From NCBI GenBank assembly GCA_030668875.1, contig DAOVER010000015.1, forward strand, positions 1 to 32,000: 32,000 bases of DNA, written 5' to 3'. Below are positions 1 to 8,096 of the stretch, piece by piece. A program made the translations under genes and the position numbers. The DNA is from Candidatus Heimdallarchaeota archaeon (lineage in GTDB: Archaea; Asgardarchaeota; Heimdallarchaeia; Heimdallarchaeales; Heimdallarchaeaceae). Numbering within the stretch: the first letter of the stretch is position 1; each line of letters starts with the position of its first letter. Under the pieces are notes generated by a model. It was given only the letters and a program-made list of their open reading frames with translations. It made no database searches and was not told the origin of the DNA.

Positions 1-1
1 A

Positions 2-904
2 GTTATCTTCACCAACCAACAAGCGCGGATAGTTAACGGTTGGTTGGTTCTACCCAAGAAAGTAGGATACAGTTACAAAACGAGACTAACAGAGCACACA
101 GAATTAAGAGAAGTGAGAATCATCCCTCGCAGACCAGGATATACATTGGAGATAGTTTATAGGAAGAGTTTACCCAAACTCCTGAAGAAGAGGATAAGAA
201 AAGGTGGTGTCGATTTAGGGATGGATAACCTTGCAGCTTTTGTGGATAACCAAGGTGGAAAACCGATTGTTATCAAAGATGCAGGGAAAGGGATAAAGAG
301 CATAACACAGTATTATTTGAAAGAACAGAAAAAACTACAAATGCAATATAGTCAGCAGCAGAGAAAGCAACTGAAAGGAAACAATCGATTGGTATATGGT
401 CAAACTTATTATAAACTGAAGGAGAAGTGGAGGAGGAAATTGAAAGATGGGATTCATAAATTAACGAGTTATTTGGTTGACTTGTGGGTCGAACGCGATC
501 TCCATGAAGTAATTATAGGCTATAACACTCTGTGGAAACAAGGATTACATTTCTGGAAGAAAGTTACCCAGATGTTTGTCACCATCCCTTTTCTAAGAAT
601 TATCAATATTCTAAAGTATAAGGGAGCAGAGAGGGGGATAAAGGTTGAGACCATCCTCGAAGAATACACCTCTAAATGCAGTTTCCTTGACAATGAGTTT
701 CCTAAATTTCACAGGAAGTATAAGGGGAAAAGAATCTATCGAGGGTTGTTCCGAACTGCTCAAGGACACTTGATTAATGCTGATGTCAATGCTGCATATA
801 ATATCTTAATTAAAAGCGATCCGAAAGCCTTGCCTAAACGCACGGTGAACGGGGTAGGAGGATACGTGATGTATCCCCAGAGAGTTAGTATAGAACTACT
901 CTAG
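2..904 (+). CDS. tnpB: TnpB RNA-guided endonuclease (IS200/IS605/IS607-associated), 5' truncated by window edge
   Basis: The frame is open from base 2 (VIFTNQQARIVNGWLVLPKK), so the track start at 44 is not the real start. RuvC-I GVDLG (D codon 212-214), IIGYNxxWKQ in the RuvC-II region, EEYTSKCS, and RuvC-III NADVNAAYNI (D codon 782-784). Confidence 0.93.
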   Translation, partial: VIFTNQQARIVNGWLVLPKKVGYSYKTRLTEHTELREVRIIPRRPGYTLEIVYRKSLPKLLKKRIRKGGVDLGMDNLAAFVDNQGGKPIVIKDAGKGIKSITQYYLKEQKKLQMQYSQQQRKQLKGNNRLVYGQTYYKLKEKWRRKLKDGIHKLTSYLVDLWVERDLHEVIIGYNTLWKQGLHFWKKVTQMFVTIPFLRIINILKYKGAERGIKVETILEEYTSKCSFLDNEFPKFHRKYKGKRIYRGLFRTAQGHLINADVNAAYNILIKSDPKALPKRTVNGVGGYVMYPQRVSIELL

Positions 905-965
905 TTGTATATGCCGACCTCTATGAAACTAGCTCAACCAATGTAGTCTACTATGACTACATGAC
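851..965 (+). ncRNA. Candidate omegaRNA (reRNA) scaffold 3' portion overlapping the tnpB C-terminus; its 5' end is unknown
   Basis: Stems read from the sequence: GGATAC 860-865 / GTATCC 871-876; GAGTTAGT-ATAGA 882-894 / TCTAT-(GAA)-ACTAGCTC 920-935 with one G-U pair; ATGTAGTC 941-948 / GACTACAT 955-962. TnpB omegaRNAs are known to overlap the tnpB 3' end and the transposon right end. Confidence 0.55.
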
Positions 966-1019
966 AAAAACCCATCATTTACAAAGATATATATTATACA
1001 GAATCTAATATGAATCTTG

Positions 1020-2171
1020 ATGGCTTACTTACCTGTTTATCAGATTATACTTCTTCTTATTGGTGTTATTATACTCTTAACGGCTGTGTTACAATTATTC
1101 CTTTCTATGAAGAGGCGTGGAAAGATGAAATTTACTAAATATATAAAACCTCGCGAAATAACACCTAGACACTTGTACTTTCCTGCTGGTCTTCGAACTG
1201 GTCTTGCTATAAGAGAAAGTAGTGAAGCTGATTATTATGAAACTTATTCTGATTATGCTGATTCAGAGTCATATCAAAAAAAAGGTAAGATATATTCAGC
1301 AAGAACTGAAAGTTATGTTAATCCCAACAGTGAATTTAAATCAAAAAACTCTTTGAAATCCAAAATGCTAAGATACCAGGAAATTCTATTTCATGCTGCA
1401 AAAGAGCAAGAAATAGATCAACTTAATGATGAGTTATTTTCCAAATTTGCTTCAGCTCATCCGTGGTTAATAGAAAAGATTCCCTATAGACAAGGCCTGA
1501 TTTTCAATTTTCATCCTAAGAACCCTTTAACAGATGTTAAAGGGTCTCTAATGGCTTTTACAAAAGAGAAGAACTTAATGTATATTGGCTACTTAAAAAA
1601 GCCATTTTCCATGTCATTTGATATTCAAAAGGTAGCAAGCGAGAAAAAGAAATTTGTAAATATTTCTGAGTTTCAGAATATTCTTGGAGATGATCATTTC
1701 ATCCAATCAAACATTCCTGCTGCATTTCTAGAGCTTATTCAAGATTCAGATGTTGGTAAGAAGTTGAAAGAGATTGTTCCTTTTATCATAAGATTAACTG
1801 TTGAGGATGAAATCATTTTTGCAATTATTAACGAGAATGCCCCGGTAAACAATCTAATTGAACTGATTATTTTAATGCAATCTAGATTGAAACAAATAGA
1901 AAAATTTGGGTCCAAAACCTCTTTAGTGAGATGTTATGAATGTGGAAAACTTTTTGCAGCTGCTGAAATGAACTGCAAGAAATGTTCAGCTCCAAGGCCT
2001 ACTTGTGTGGTTTGTTTATTAAATATAGTTCCATCTGAAAAAGAAGGCATCATGAGATTACCTTGTTGCGGTGTTTATGCTCATATTCATCATATTGACC
2101 AATGGCTTGAGAAAAATTCCAAGTGTCCTAATTGTCATCAAAATTTAAACAGAATATTTAGAAAAATGTAA
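1020..2171 (+). CDS. Membrane-anchored protein with C-terminal Zn ribbon and RING-finger (putative E3 ubiquitin ligase)
   Basis: N-terminal hydrophobic helix followed by KRRGKMK. CYEC..CKKC ribbon at 1932-1985. CVVC-x16-CC-x4-H-x2-H-IDQWL-..CPNC at 2004-2135. ATG at 1020 is preferred over the in-frame TTG at 1017. TATA-like TATATATTATA lies about 22 nt upstream. Confidence 0.8.
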   Translation: MAYLPVYQIILLLIGVIILLTAVLQLFLSMKRRGKMKFTKYIKPREITPRHLYFPAGLRTGLAIRESSEADYYETYSDYADSESYQKKGKIYSARTESYVNPNSEFKSKNSLKSKMLRYQEILFHAAKEQEIDQLNDELFSKFASAHPWLIEKIPYRQGLIFNFHPKNPLTDVKGSLMAFTKEKNLMYIGYLKKPFSMSFDIQKVASEKKKFVNISEFQNILGDDHFIQSNIPAAFLELIQDSDVGKKLKEIVPFIIRLTVEDEIIFAIINENAPVNNLIELIILMQSRLKQIEKFGSKTSLVRCYECGKLFAAAEMNCKKCSAPRPTCVVCLLNIVPSEKEGIMRLPCCGVYAHIHHIDQWLEKNSKCPNCHQNLNRIFRKM

Positions 2172-2234
2172 TTGTGGAATATCAAATTTTACTGCTGATT
2201 CTAGATTATCTAACCTTTTTTCTAGCAATTTATC

Positions 2235-2468
2235 TTATTCAAGTATTGATTGAACTCTACCTACTTTCCCACTCTCCAATCTAACCTTGATTCCATGTGG
2301 ATGGCTACCTGAGTTGGTGAGAATAGTTTTTACCACACCTGAGGTTAATTTTCCAGTTCTTTGATTATGTTTCTCAACAATTGATACCTTTGCACCAATG
2401 TGAATACTTTTTCTTTTTATTGAAGGCATTAATTGTATCTTGTTCTCTCTCTTTTTAATATTTAACAT
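2235..2468 (-). CDS. YwbE (DUF2196) family small protein
   Basis: KxNQRTGKLTxGVVKxILTNSxxHPHGIKVRLExGxVGRV is the characteristic YwbE sequence. Confidence 0.85.
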   Translation of the reverse strand: MLNIKKRENKIQLMPSIKRKSIHIGAKVSIVEKHNQRTGKLTSGVVKTILTNSGSHPHGIKVRLESGKVGRVQSILE

Positions 2469-2542
2469 TCTACGTTAAAACTTTGATTATGAAAAGTGCT
2501 GTGCAGAATAAATTGAAAAAATGCTGAAAATTGTAGAAAACA

Positions 2543-3910
2543 CTACCCTGAGGTAGTGTGACCATCAATTGTTAAAGTTGGAGTGTCTATTGGTAAGTAA
2601 GATGGAGTTATGTCTGAACCAATATGAATCAAATCTTTGAGAGATTTGTAGAAGTTACCTGCAATAGAAATAGGTTTGATTGGTTTGACTATTTCTCCTT
2701 TTTCTACGAGAAAAGCGTTAATTGCTTGTATAGAAAAATCACCAGATATGAAATTGCTGTGACCTACTCCCATCAATCCTCCTTCCATGTAAATTGCTTT
2801 ATCAAATTCTTCAATTTGTTCCTCAAGATTCTTTGTTCCTGGTGTCATTACGAATTTAGTTGGGCTAATAGTTGGCAAAGCTTCAAATTCAGCATTTCCT
2901 TGACGATTAGCATTACCAGTACTTCCTATACCAAAGATTTTACCATAGTAATCATTGAATAGAAATGACTTTAGTACTCCATTTTCAATGACTTTTGTTT
3001 TTCTTCTACCAGTTCCTTCATAATCTATAGCTGTAGTTGAAATTTTAGTAGGGTCTTGTCCATCATCAACAAGATTGAGTTCCTTAACTGCTATTTCCTC
3101 ATTTAATTTTTCTCCAAGAGGGTTGCGTTTTTCTACAACAGTTGCACCATTCAGACCTGCTTGTAAAACTGCTCCTAGAAAATTTCCAGCGGTAAGCGGA
3201 TGCCATATTGTTGGAACCTTAATGGTTTCTCCTAACTCTACAGACCCTAAATGCTTCATTGCCATATCTACTGAACTGCTAACAACTCCTGAAATATCTT
3301 GAACAGAACGACCAATTTTTACGTCGAATGCTGTTGAACGCTCTCCTTTATCTAAAACAACAGGATTAGCATAACAGTAATTCAATGTGTTTAAACTAGC
3401 TTCAAAAACTCCATTAGTATTAGCAATAGCATGACCACCCCAAATATTATTTGAAGCGATAGTCATACCGATTAGACGTTCATCGTATTTTTCAGTTAGT
3501 TTAACAGCATCAGAAATTTGACTAAGCATATCTTCGCCAGTATGATCAAGAATACCTTTATCTAGCTCTCCATTTTTACCTGGTTGATTTACTTCAACAA
3601 AACCAGTAAACCTGGGGTCAGCAGGACGATTTTTTGCAATTTTAAAAGCTTGTTCAAGAGTACTTTTGATAGAATCTTCTGCGAAGCCAGCACAAGAAGC
3701 AAAACCAACCTTCTGATTATCAGCTACTTGAATACCAATTCCACTAACAAGACCATCACGACTCTTAACCTTACCTTTAGTATATTGAATCTCTGTCAAA
3801 GATCCTTTAGATACAAAGAATTCAGCGGAAGGAATTTTCATTTCTTTAGCGTATTTCAAACAAGATTCTGCAATAGAAAGCAGTTCATTTTTTAATTCAT
3901 CTAAACTCAT
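2543..3910 (-). CDS. pmbA: PmbA/TldE family metalloprotease subunit (non-catalytic partner)
   Basis: TldD/PmbA motifs DYEG..R, STGNA, SGDFS, PISIAGNF. Lacks HExxxH. Start overlaps the tldD stop (TAATG). Confidence 0.9.
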   Translation of the reverse strand: MSLDELKNELLSIAESCLKYAKEMKIPSAEFFVSKGSLTEIQYTKGKVKSRDGLVSGIGIQVADNQKVGFASCAGFAEDSIKSTLEQAFKIAKNRPADPRFTGFVEVNQPGKNGELDKGILDHTGEDMLSQISDAVKLTEKYDERLIGMTIASNNIWGGHAIANTNGVFEASLNTLNYCYANPVVLDKGERSTAFDVKIGRSVQDISGVVSSSVDMAMKHLGSVELGETIKVPTIWHPLTAGNFLGAVLQAGLNGATVVEKRNPLGEKLNEEIAVKELNLVDDGQDPTKISTTAIDYEGTGRRKTKVIENGVLKSFLFNDYYGKIFGIGSTGNANRQGNAEFEALPTISPTKFVMTPGTKNLEEQIEEFDKAIYMEGGLMGVGHSNFISGDFSIQAINAFLVEKGEIVKPIKPISIAGNFYKSLKDLIHIGSDITPSYLPIDTPTLTIDGHTTSG

Positions 3911-5328
3911 TATTTTTCTCCTCCTACCATTACTTCATCAGCGTAGAGAATCGGTCCACCCATACCTACAGGTAAAGGATATTGACCACCTTTTCCACAG
4001 CCTCCGAAATAGCCTGTGAACATTTCAATGTTTTTTGTAGCTCCTTGGATATGTTTAATGAACTCTAGAATGTTTCCAGTTAGAGCTGCATCTTTGATGG
4101 TTTTTGTTATCTCACCTTTTTCTACTAGGTACCCTCTACTGCATTTAAACAGAAAGGATCCATCCATATCTGCTTGTCCTCCTGATGTACCTACTGCGTA
4201 AATACCGTTGCCCATTAATTCTATAGCTTCTTCTTCTGTAAGATCTCCAGCTCCAAAGAAAGTGTTTTTCATTCTTGGTATGGGATCAAACATGTATGTG
4301 ATTGCTCTTGAATTTCCTGTAGGTTTTGTGTTCATTTTTTTTGCAGAAACTCTGTTGTGAAGATATCCTACCAAAATACCTTTATCAAGAATGACAGTAT
4401 CGTCGGCAGGTATTCCTGAATCATCATAAGGTAGCCACAATCCTCCATTAGGTGTTAATCCAGTATCATGTATTGTTGCATGTTCTGAGCCTAATGTAGC
4501 ACCTATTCGGTCAGCGATTGGACTCATTCCTGACAATACGAAATCTGATTCACTCAAATGCCCAAATGATTCGTGAGCGAGTACTCCTCCTAGGCGAGGT
4601 CCTATCAGTGCTGCACCTTTTCCTGCTGGAGCACTTACTGCACTTTCTTGTTCTTTACAGTACTTTCCAGCATTGATACCAAAGGTTTCCGGAGTATAAG
4701 GTTCCTTTTCGAAGAATTCAAGACCTTGAGATGATCCACATCCATCGTTACCTCTTGCCATAAAACCATTGACTTTTTTGGTTGCTACTGTTCTCATATC
4801 AACAATCATGGGGTTCCAATAAATTTCGCTTCCTTCTGAGTTGACAAAGAATTTGTCTCCCCACAGCTCTCCATATACAGCTGTTGTAGATGTTGGTTCG
4901 ATTTTCTCTTTTATTGAGTCAATACTTCTTTTCAACATCTCAATTTTTTCATCAAATTCAACATCTTTAGGATGTTTGACAACTTTTCTTTCAGCTATAT
5001 CTCTAATTGCATCTCTTTCATCGAATGTTTCCTTTTCCTTGCTAAGAAAAGCTGAAGCTTTAGCAATCTTTGCTGCTCTTTTTGTTGTTTCCTTTATTGC
5101 TTCAGGTGTAAGAACTGGAGTAAAACTATACCCAACTGTATCATCAACATAAACAACTATACCAATACCTTTTCTTTCTCGTGTAGAAGATTCTGTTATG
5201 ATCTCATTAGTATAGTTAATCGTTGTTAGGTTTAAATTATCCATTCTTGCTTCGATGAATGATGCACCAATTTCTTCTCCGTGCTTTACAGCTTTGTGAA
5301 GAAGGTAAAATATAAATTCATTATCCAA
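3910..5328 (-). CDS. tldD: TldD family metalloprotease (catalytic subunit)
   Basis: HESFGH zinc motif, PYDDSG, TGNSRA, PRMKNT, CGKGGQ..PV. TTG start with GGTGAG SD about 7 nt upstream. Confidence 0.93.
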   Translation of the reverse strand: MDNEFIFYLLHKAVKHGEEIGASFIEARMDNLNLTTINYTNEIITESSTRERKGIGIVVYVDDTVGYSFTPVLTPEAIKETTKRAAKIAKASAFLSKEKETFDERDAIRDIAERKVVKHPKDVEFDEKIEMLKRSIDSIKEKIEPTSTTAVYGELWGDKFFVNSEGSEIYWNPMIVDMRTVATKKVNGFMARGNDGCGSSQGLEFFEKEPYTPETFGINAGKYCKEQESAVSAPAGKGAALIGPRLGGVLAHESFGHLSESDFVLSGMSPIADRIGATLGSEHATIHDTGLTPNGGLWLPYDDSGIPADDTVILDKGILVGYLHNRVSAKKMNTKPTGNSRAITYMFDPIPRMKNTFFGAGDLTEEEAIELMGNGIYAVGTSGGQADMDGSFLFKCSRGYLVEKGEITKTIKDAALTGNILEFIKHIQGATKNIEMFTGYFGGCGKGGQYPLPVGMGGPILYADEVMVGGEK

Positions 5329-5366
5329 CTGTTTCTCACCATTCCGTTAAAATTGTTGCTGTGACG

Positions 5367-5460
5367 TTTATAAAAATTACCCTTCCACTTTTCTCTAGAA
5401 AATCCTTAAAAGGATTAATTTGTTTAATTAATTTACCGAAGAAGTAGGAAAGACTTATAA
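5367..5460. promoter_or_regulatory. Divergent promoter region: TATA TTTATAAA (5367-5374, for tldD), TATA CTTATAA (5454-5460, for the 828-aa gene), central palindrome AATCCTT-AA-AAGGATT (5401-5416)
   Basis: Motifs read directly from the intergenic sequence. Function is inferred from archaeal promoter architecture. Confidence 0.5.
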
Positions 5461-5541
5461 CTGTCTCTCAATATAGTGATATTGTGATATATGCTTCGTC
5501 TTCTGTTGAAAATGTCATAAAGGGACATAAAGGTTAGTTAA

Positions 5542-8028
5542 ATGGAGAAAAACATTCAATCAGTACCACGGAATAACGTTTATGCATTTCAGTTGAAGAT
5601 TTTGGCAAGAAGGTTATTTTTTTCGCTCATCATCTTCTTCCTTCTATCTGTCACACTAGCTCTAATTTTTCTTATTGGAGGATTAGACCATTATGATTAC
5701 TTTGAAATAATACTGACTTCAGCTCCATTTCTTATCATAAGTTTGATTTTCGTCCTCTATTTCTTCTTTCAATTACTACTTAAGTTCAGGTTTTTGGGCA
5801 TAAATGAACCATCTGCTAAATACTCAAGTAAGTATTCTATATTGATGGTTATTGGTTTCATAGTTTGTATCAATTCATCGTTCTTTTCATTTGTTGAGGT
5901 TAACGACGAGTGGTACTATTTTCAACATTGTCTAGCAATATTAGGAATAGTACTCCTTTTAACAGGTGCTATCAATTTCTCACTAACTTTAAGTATTTTC
6001 AAAAACAAAAATAAAATTCGATCATCAACAACCACTCACCTGCGTTTTATCTTTCCATTCGTATTTATTTTTATTATAGAGATCATCAATGCAATTGCAA
6101 GAAAAACTATTTTTCTAAATCTAGATTATGATGGCTATCGTTGGAGGACTGCTCAAGCTGAAGCATGTCAAGCTCTTAATTATACAACTTTCTTCATAAT
6201 TTTTTCTTCTGTTATACTCTTTCTTTATGCGCTTTTTGCTATGAGTAAGGCGCTTGGTACCTTAGATCTTTCAGTATCTGAACATTATACTGAACAACTA
6301 CTAGAAACACCTTCAGAAAGAGTAGAACGAATCTGTAAAATGTTATCTACGTTTTTGATTTTTACAACAATCACAGTATCTTTAGTCGTATTATTTGTAT
6401 TATCTGAGATTTACTGGGGTTTTTGGCGTTTTGATGACTATGGGACGATTGTTTTAATTATAGAATTTATTTTCTTGATATCTATTGGAATGACATTAGT
6501 CTATGTTAATACATTCAGATTTCTACTTCAAATAAAAGAATTCTCTAATTACTTTCCTAATCTGAAGAAGATTACTAGTTGGACTATATTCTTAATTGGT
6601 GGAGGTGTTCTGGTGATAACTTTAGCGTGTTACTTGTTTTTCTTGTCATTTGCATTACCTATATTAGATACTCATCAACTCGTATCTAAAATAATCATCC
6701 TCGTTGGTTTGCTTCTTGTAACAAGTGGTATGTTCTGCTTGAGAAGATTCTTTAAGTTCTTTGTAACCAAGGGATATCTCTCAAATAGTCAGTTAACTGG
6801 AAGTAACATCTTATTTTATACCTCGTTGTCTATACCTTTTGTACTCTTAGCTGAGATAATCACCACAAATATTGTTAATGCTAAATTAACAGAACTTCGT
6901 TGTACCGTTTATGATTATTGTCGTGTTGTTCTAACTCCATTAGGTGAATTAATCATGAAGTGGTTATCTTTTTCTATTCTATTTCTTTTCACTCTATTAG
7001 TAATCATCTTCTCGATAGGGTTATCCAAAATAAGTAAAAATCTCCCCCAAATCCATTCAATCTTGGATGAAAAAAGTATTTCTGAAATAAATACAATTTC
7101 TTTAAGAAATAAAATAATTATTGGTTTATTAAAAGGTAAAGATAGAGTTGCATATAACAAAGCTGCCTCCTATGATTTTGTTTTAAGACAAAGGAAGACA
7201 ATGAATTCTTCAAGAAATTTCATAATGCTCTTTTGTGCTGGATTGCTTCTGAACTTACTTGTAAAAATAATAATTATAATTCACGCAACAGATATGTCTT
7301 TTATTTTCTATAATACAGTTGTAGTCAGCCTCAAGTATGGCAGAAGTTTTACCATTATAGCAGCCTATATTTTTCTGTTCATTTTTCTAGAGGAACTACG
7401 CCAAGTAACGAGGAACACAAAAGCAAAATCATTCTCTTTAGGAACTTTGATAACATTTTCTATAGGGATGATTCTTTCCATTGGATTTAGAGAGTTATCT
7501 TTTATATATAGCATGATTTTTGATCTGGATACAGTTTTCTCTATAATTAATATATTTATCAGCTTAAGCTTTGTCCTTGGCTGTGTTTTTCTAATGCTAA
7601 CCTTAAATAAAGCAATTTCAAAAGAGAAAAATCTAATAACTAAACTATCTTATTATGGATTAATATTTTCAAGTTCTTTGATATTACTTAGAACAATTGT
7701 TTTTGCAGTTATGACCCCCATTGATAGCATTAAGACTGTTATTCTACTATATTCTGTAGAAATAGTACTGTCTGCTATTGTCGGTGTATTGATGATTGTT
7801 TGCATTATCAGAATTAGGTCTGGATTGCCTGAGCTTGATCCCTTCCAACTGCAAGAAGTGAAGGAAGGAAAAATTGACCAGAATAGAATTGAAACGGTTC
7901 ATCCATCAGTTGTTTATGATCCTATCAACTCAAAACCTGAAGTTGCTTTCTGCGTTAATTGTGGACAAAGGATAGAATATGATTCGAAATTCTGCGTTTC
8001 CTGTGGAGTAAATATAGAAAGAGAGTAA
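5542..8028 (+). CDS. Large polytopic membrane protein (three similar multi-TM modules) with C-terminal zinc ribbon; function unknown
   Basis: Many hydrophobic segments in three blocks separated by hydrophilic linkers. C-terminus is CVNCGQRIEYDSKFCVSCG. Confidence 0.8.
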   Translation: MEKNIQSVPRNNVYAFQLKILARRLFFSLIIFFLLSVTLALIFLIGGLDHYDYFEIILTSAPFLIISLIFVLYFFFQLLLKFRFLGINEPSAKYSSKYSILMVIGFIVCINSSFFSFVEVNDEWYYFQHCLAILGIVLLLTGAINFSLTLSIFKNKNKIRSSTTTHLRFIFPFVFIFIIEIINAIARKTIFLNLDYDGYRWRTAQAEACQALNYTTFFIIFSSVILFLYALFAMSKALGTLDLSVSEHYTEQLLETPSERVERICKMLSTFLIFTTITVSLVVLFVLSEIYWGFWRFDDYGTIVLIIEFIFLISIGMTLVYVNTFRFLLQIKEFSNYFPNLKKITSWTIFLIGGGVLVITLACYLFFLSFALPILDTHQLVSKIIILVGLLLVTSGMFCLRRFFKFFVTKGYLSNSQLTGSNILFYTSLSIPFVLLAEIITTNIVNAKLTELRCTVYDYCRVVLTPLGELIMKWLSFSILFLFTLLVIIFSIGLSKISKNLPQIHSILDEKSISEINTISLRNKIIIGLLKGKDRVAYNKAASYDFVLRQRKTMNSSRNFIMLFCAGLLLNLLVKIIIIIHATDMSFIFYNTVVVSLKYGRSFTIIAAYIFLFIFLEELRQVTRNTKAKSFSLGTLITFSIGMILSIGFRELSFIYSMIFDLDTVFSIINIFISLSFVLGCVFLMLTLNKAISKEKNLITKLSYYGLIFSSSLILLRTIVFAVMTPIDSIKTVILLYSVEIVLSAIVGVLMIVCIIRIRSGLPELDPFQLQEVKEGKIDQNRIETVHPSVVYDPINSKPEVAFCVNCGQRIEYDSKFCVSCGVNIERE

Positions 8029-8053
8029 GCATTCTACTTTCTTACTTTGCTTT

Positions 8054-8069
8054 AAGAAATTTACTTATA
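8054..8069 (+). promoter_or_regulatory. BRE/TATA-like promoter core AAGAAATTTACTTATA
   Basis: Starts 43 nt upstream of ATG 8097. An identical 16-mer lies upstream of the paralog at 12069-12084. Confidence 0.65.
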
Positions 8070-8096
8070 TAGTAGTTAGATAAATTATATAGGTAG

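Larger units (their letters stand above)
1..965 (+). mobile_element. Right part of an IS200/IS605-like element; right boundary uncertain (about 937 or about 965)
   Basis: tnpB is followed by stacked hairpins, and the region is visibly more G-rich than the flanking host DNA. The left end and any tnpA lie outside the window. Confidence 0.7.

Noticed and set aside
2624-5152. Several + strand ORFs (112, 75, 103, 61 and 103 aa) in the track
   Set aside because: Antisense shadows of pmbA/tldD with no recognisable motifs.
2543-5328. TldD/PmbA as part of a RiPP biosynthetic cluster
   Set aside because: No precursor peptide, YcaO or radical SAM genes nearby; the tldD-pmbA pair is ordinary in archaea.
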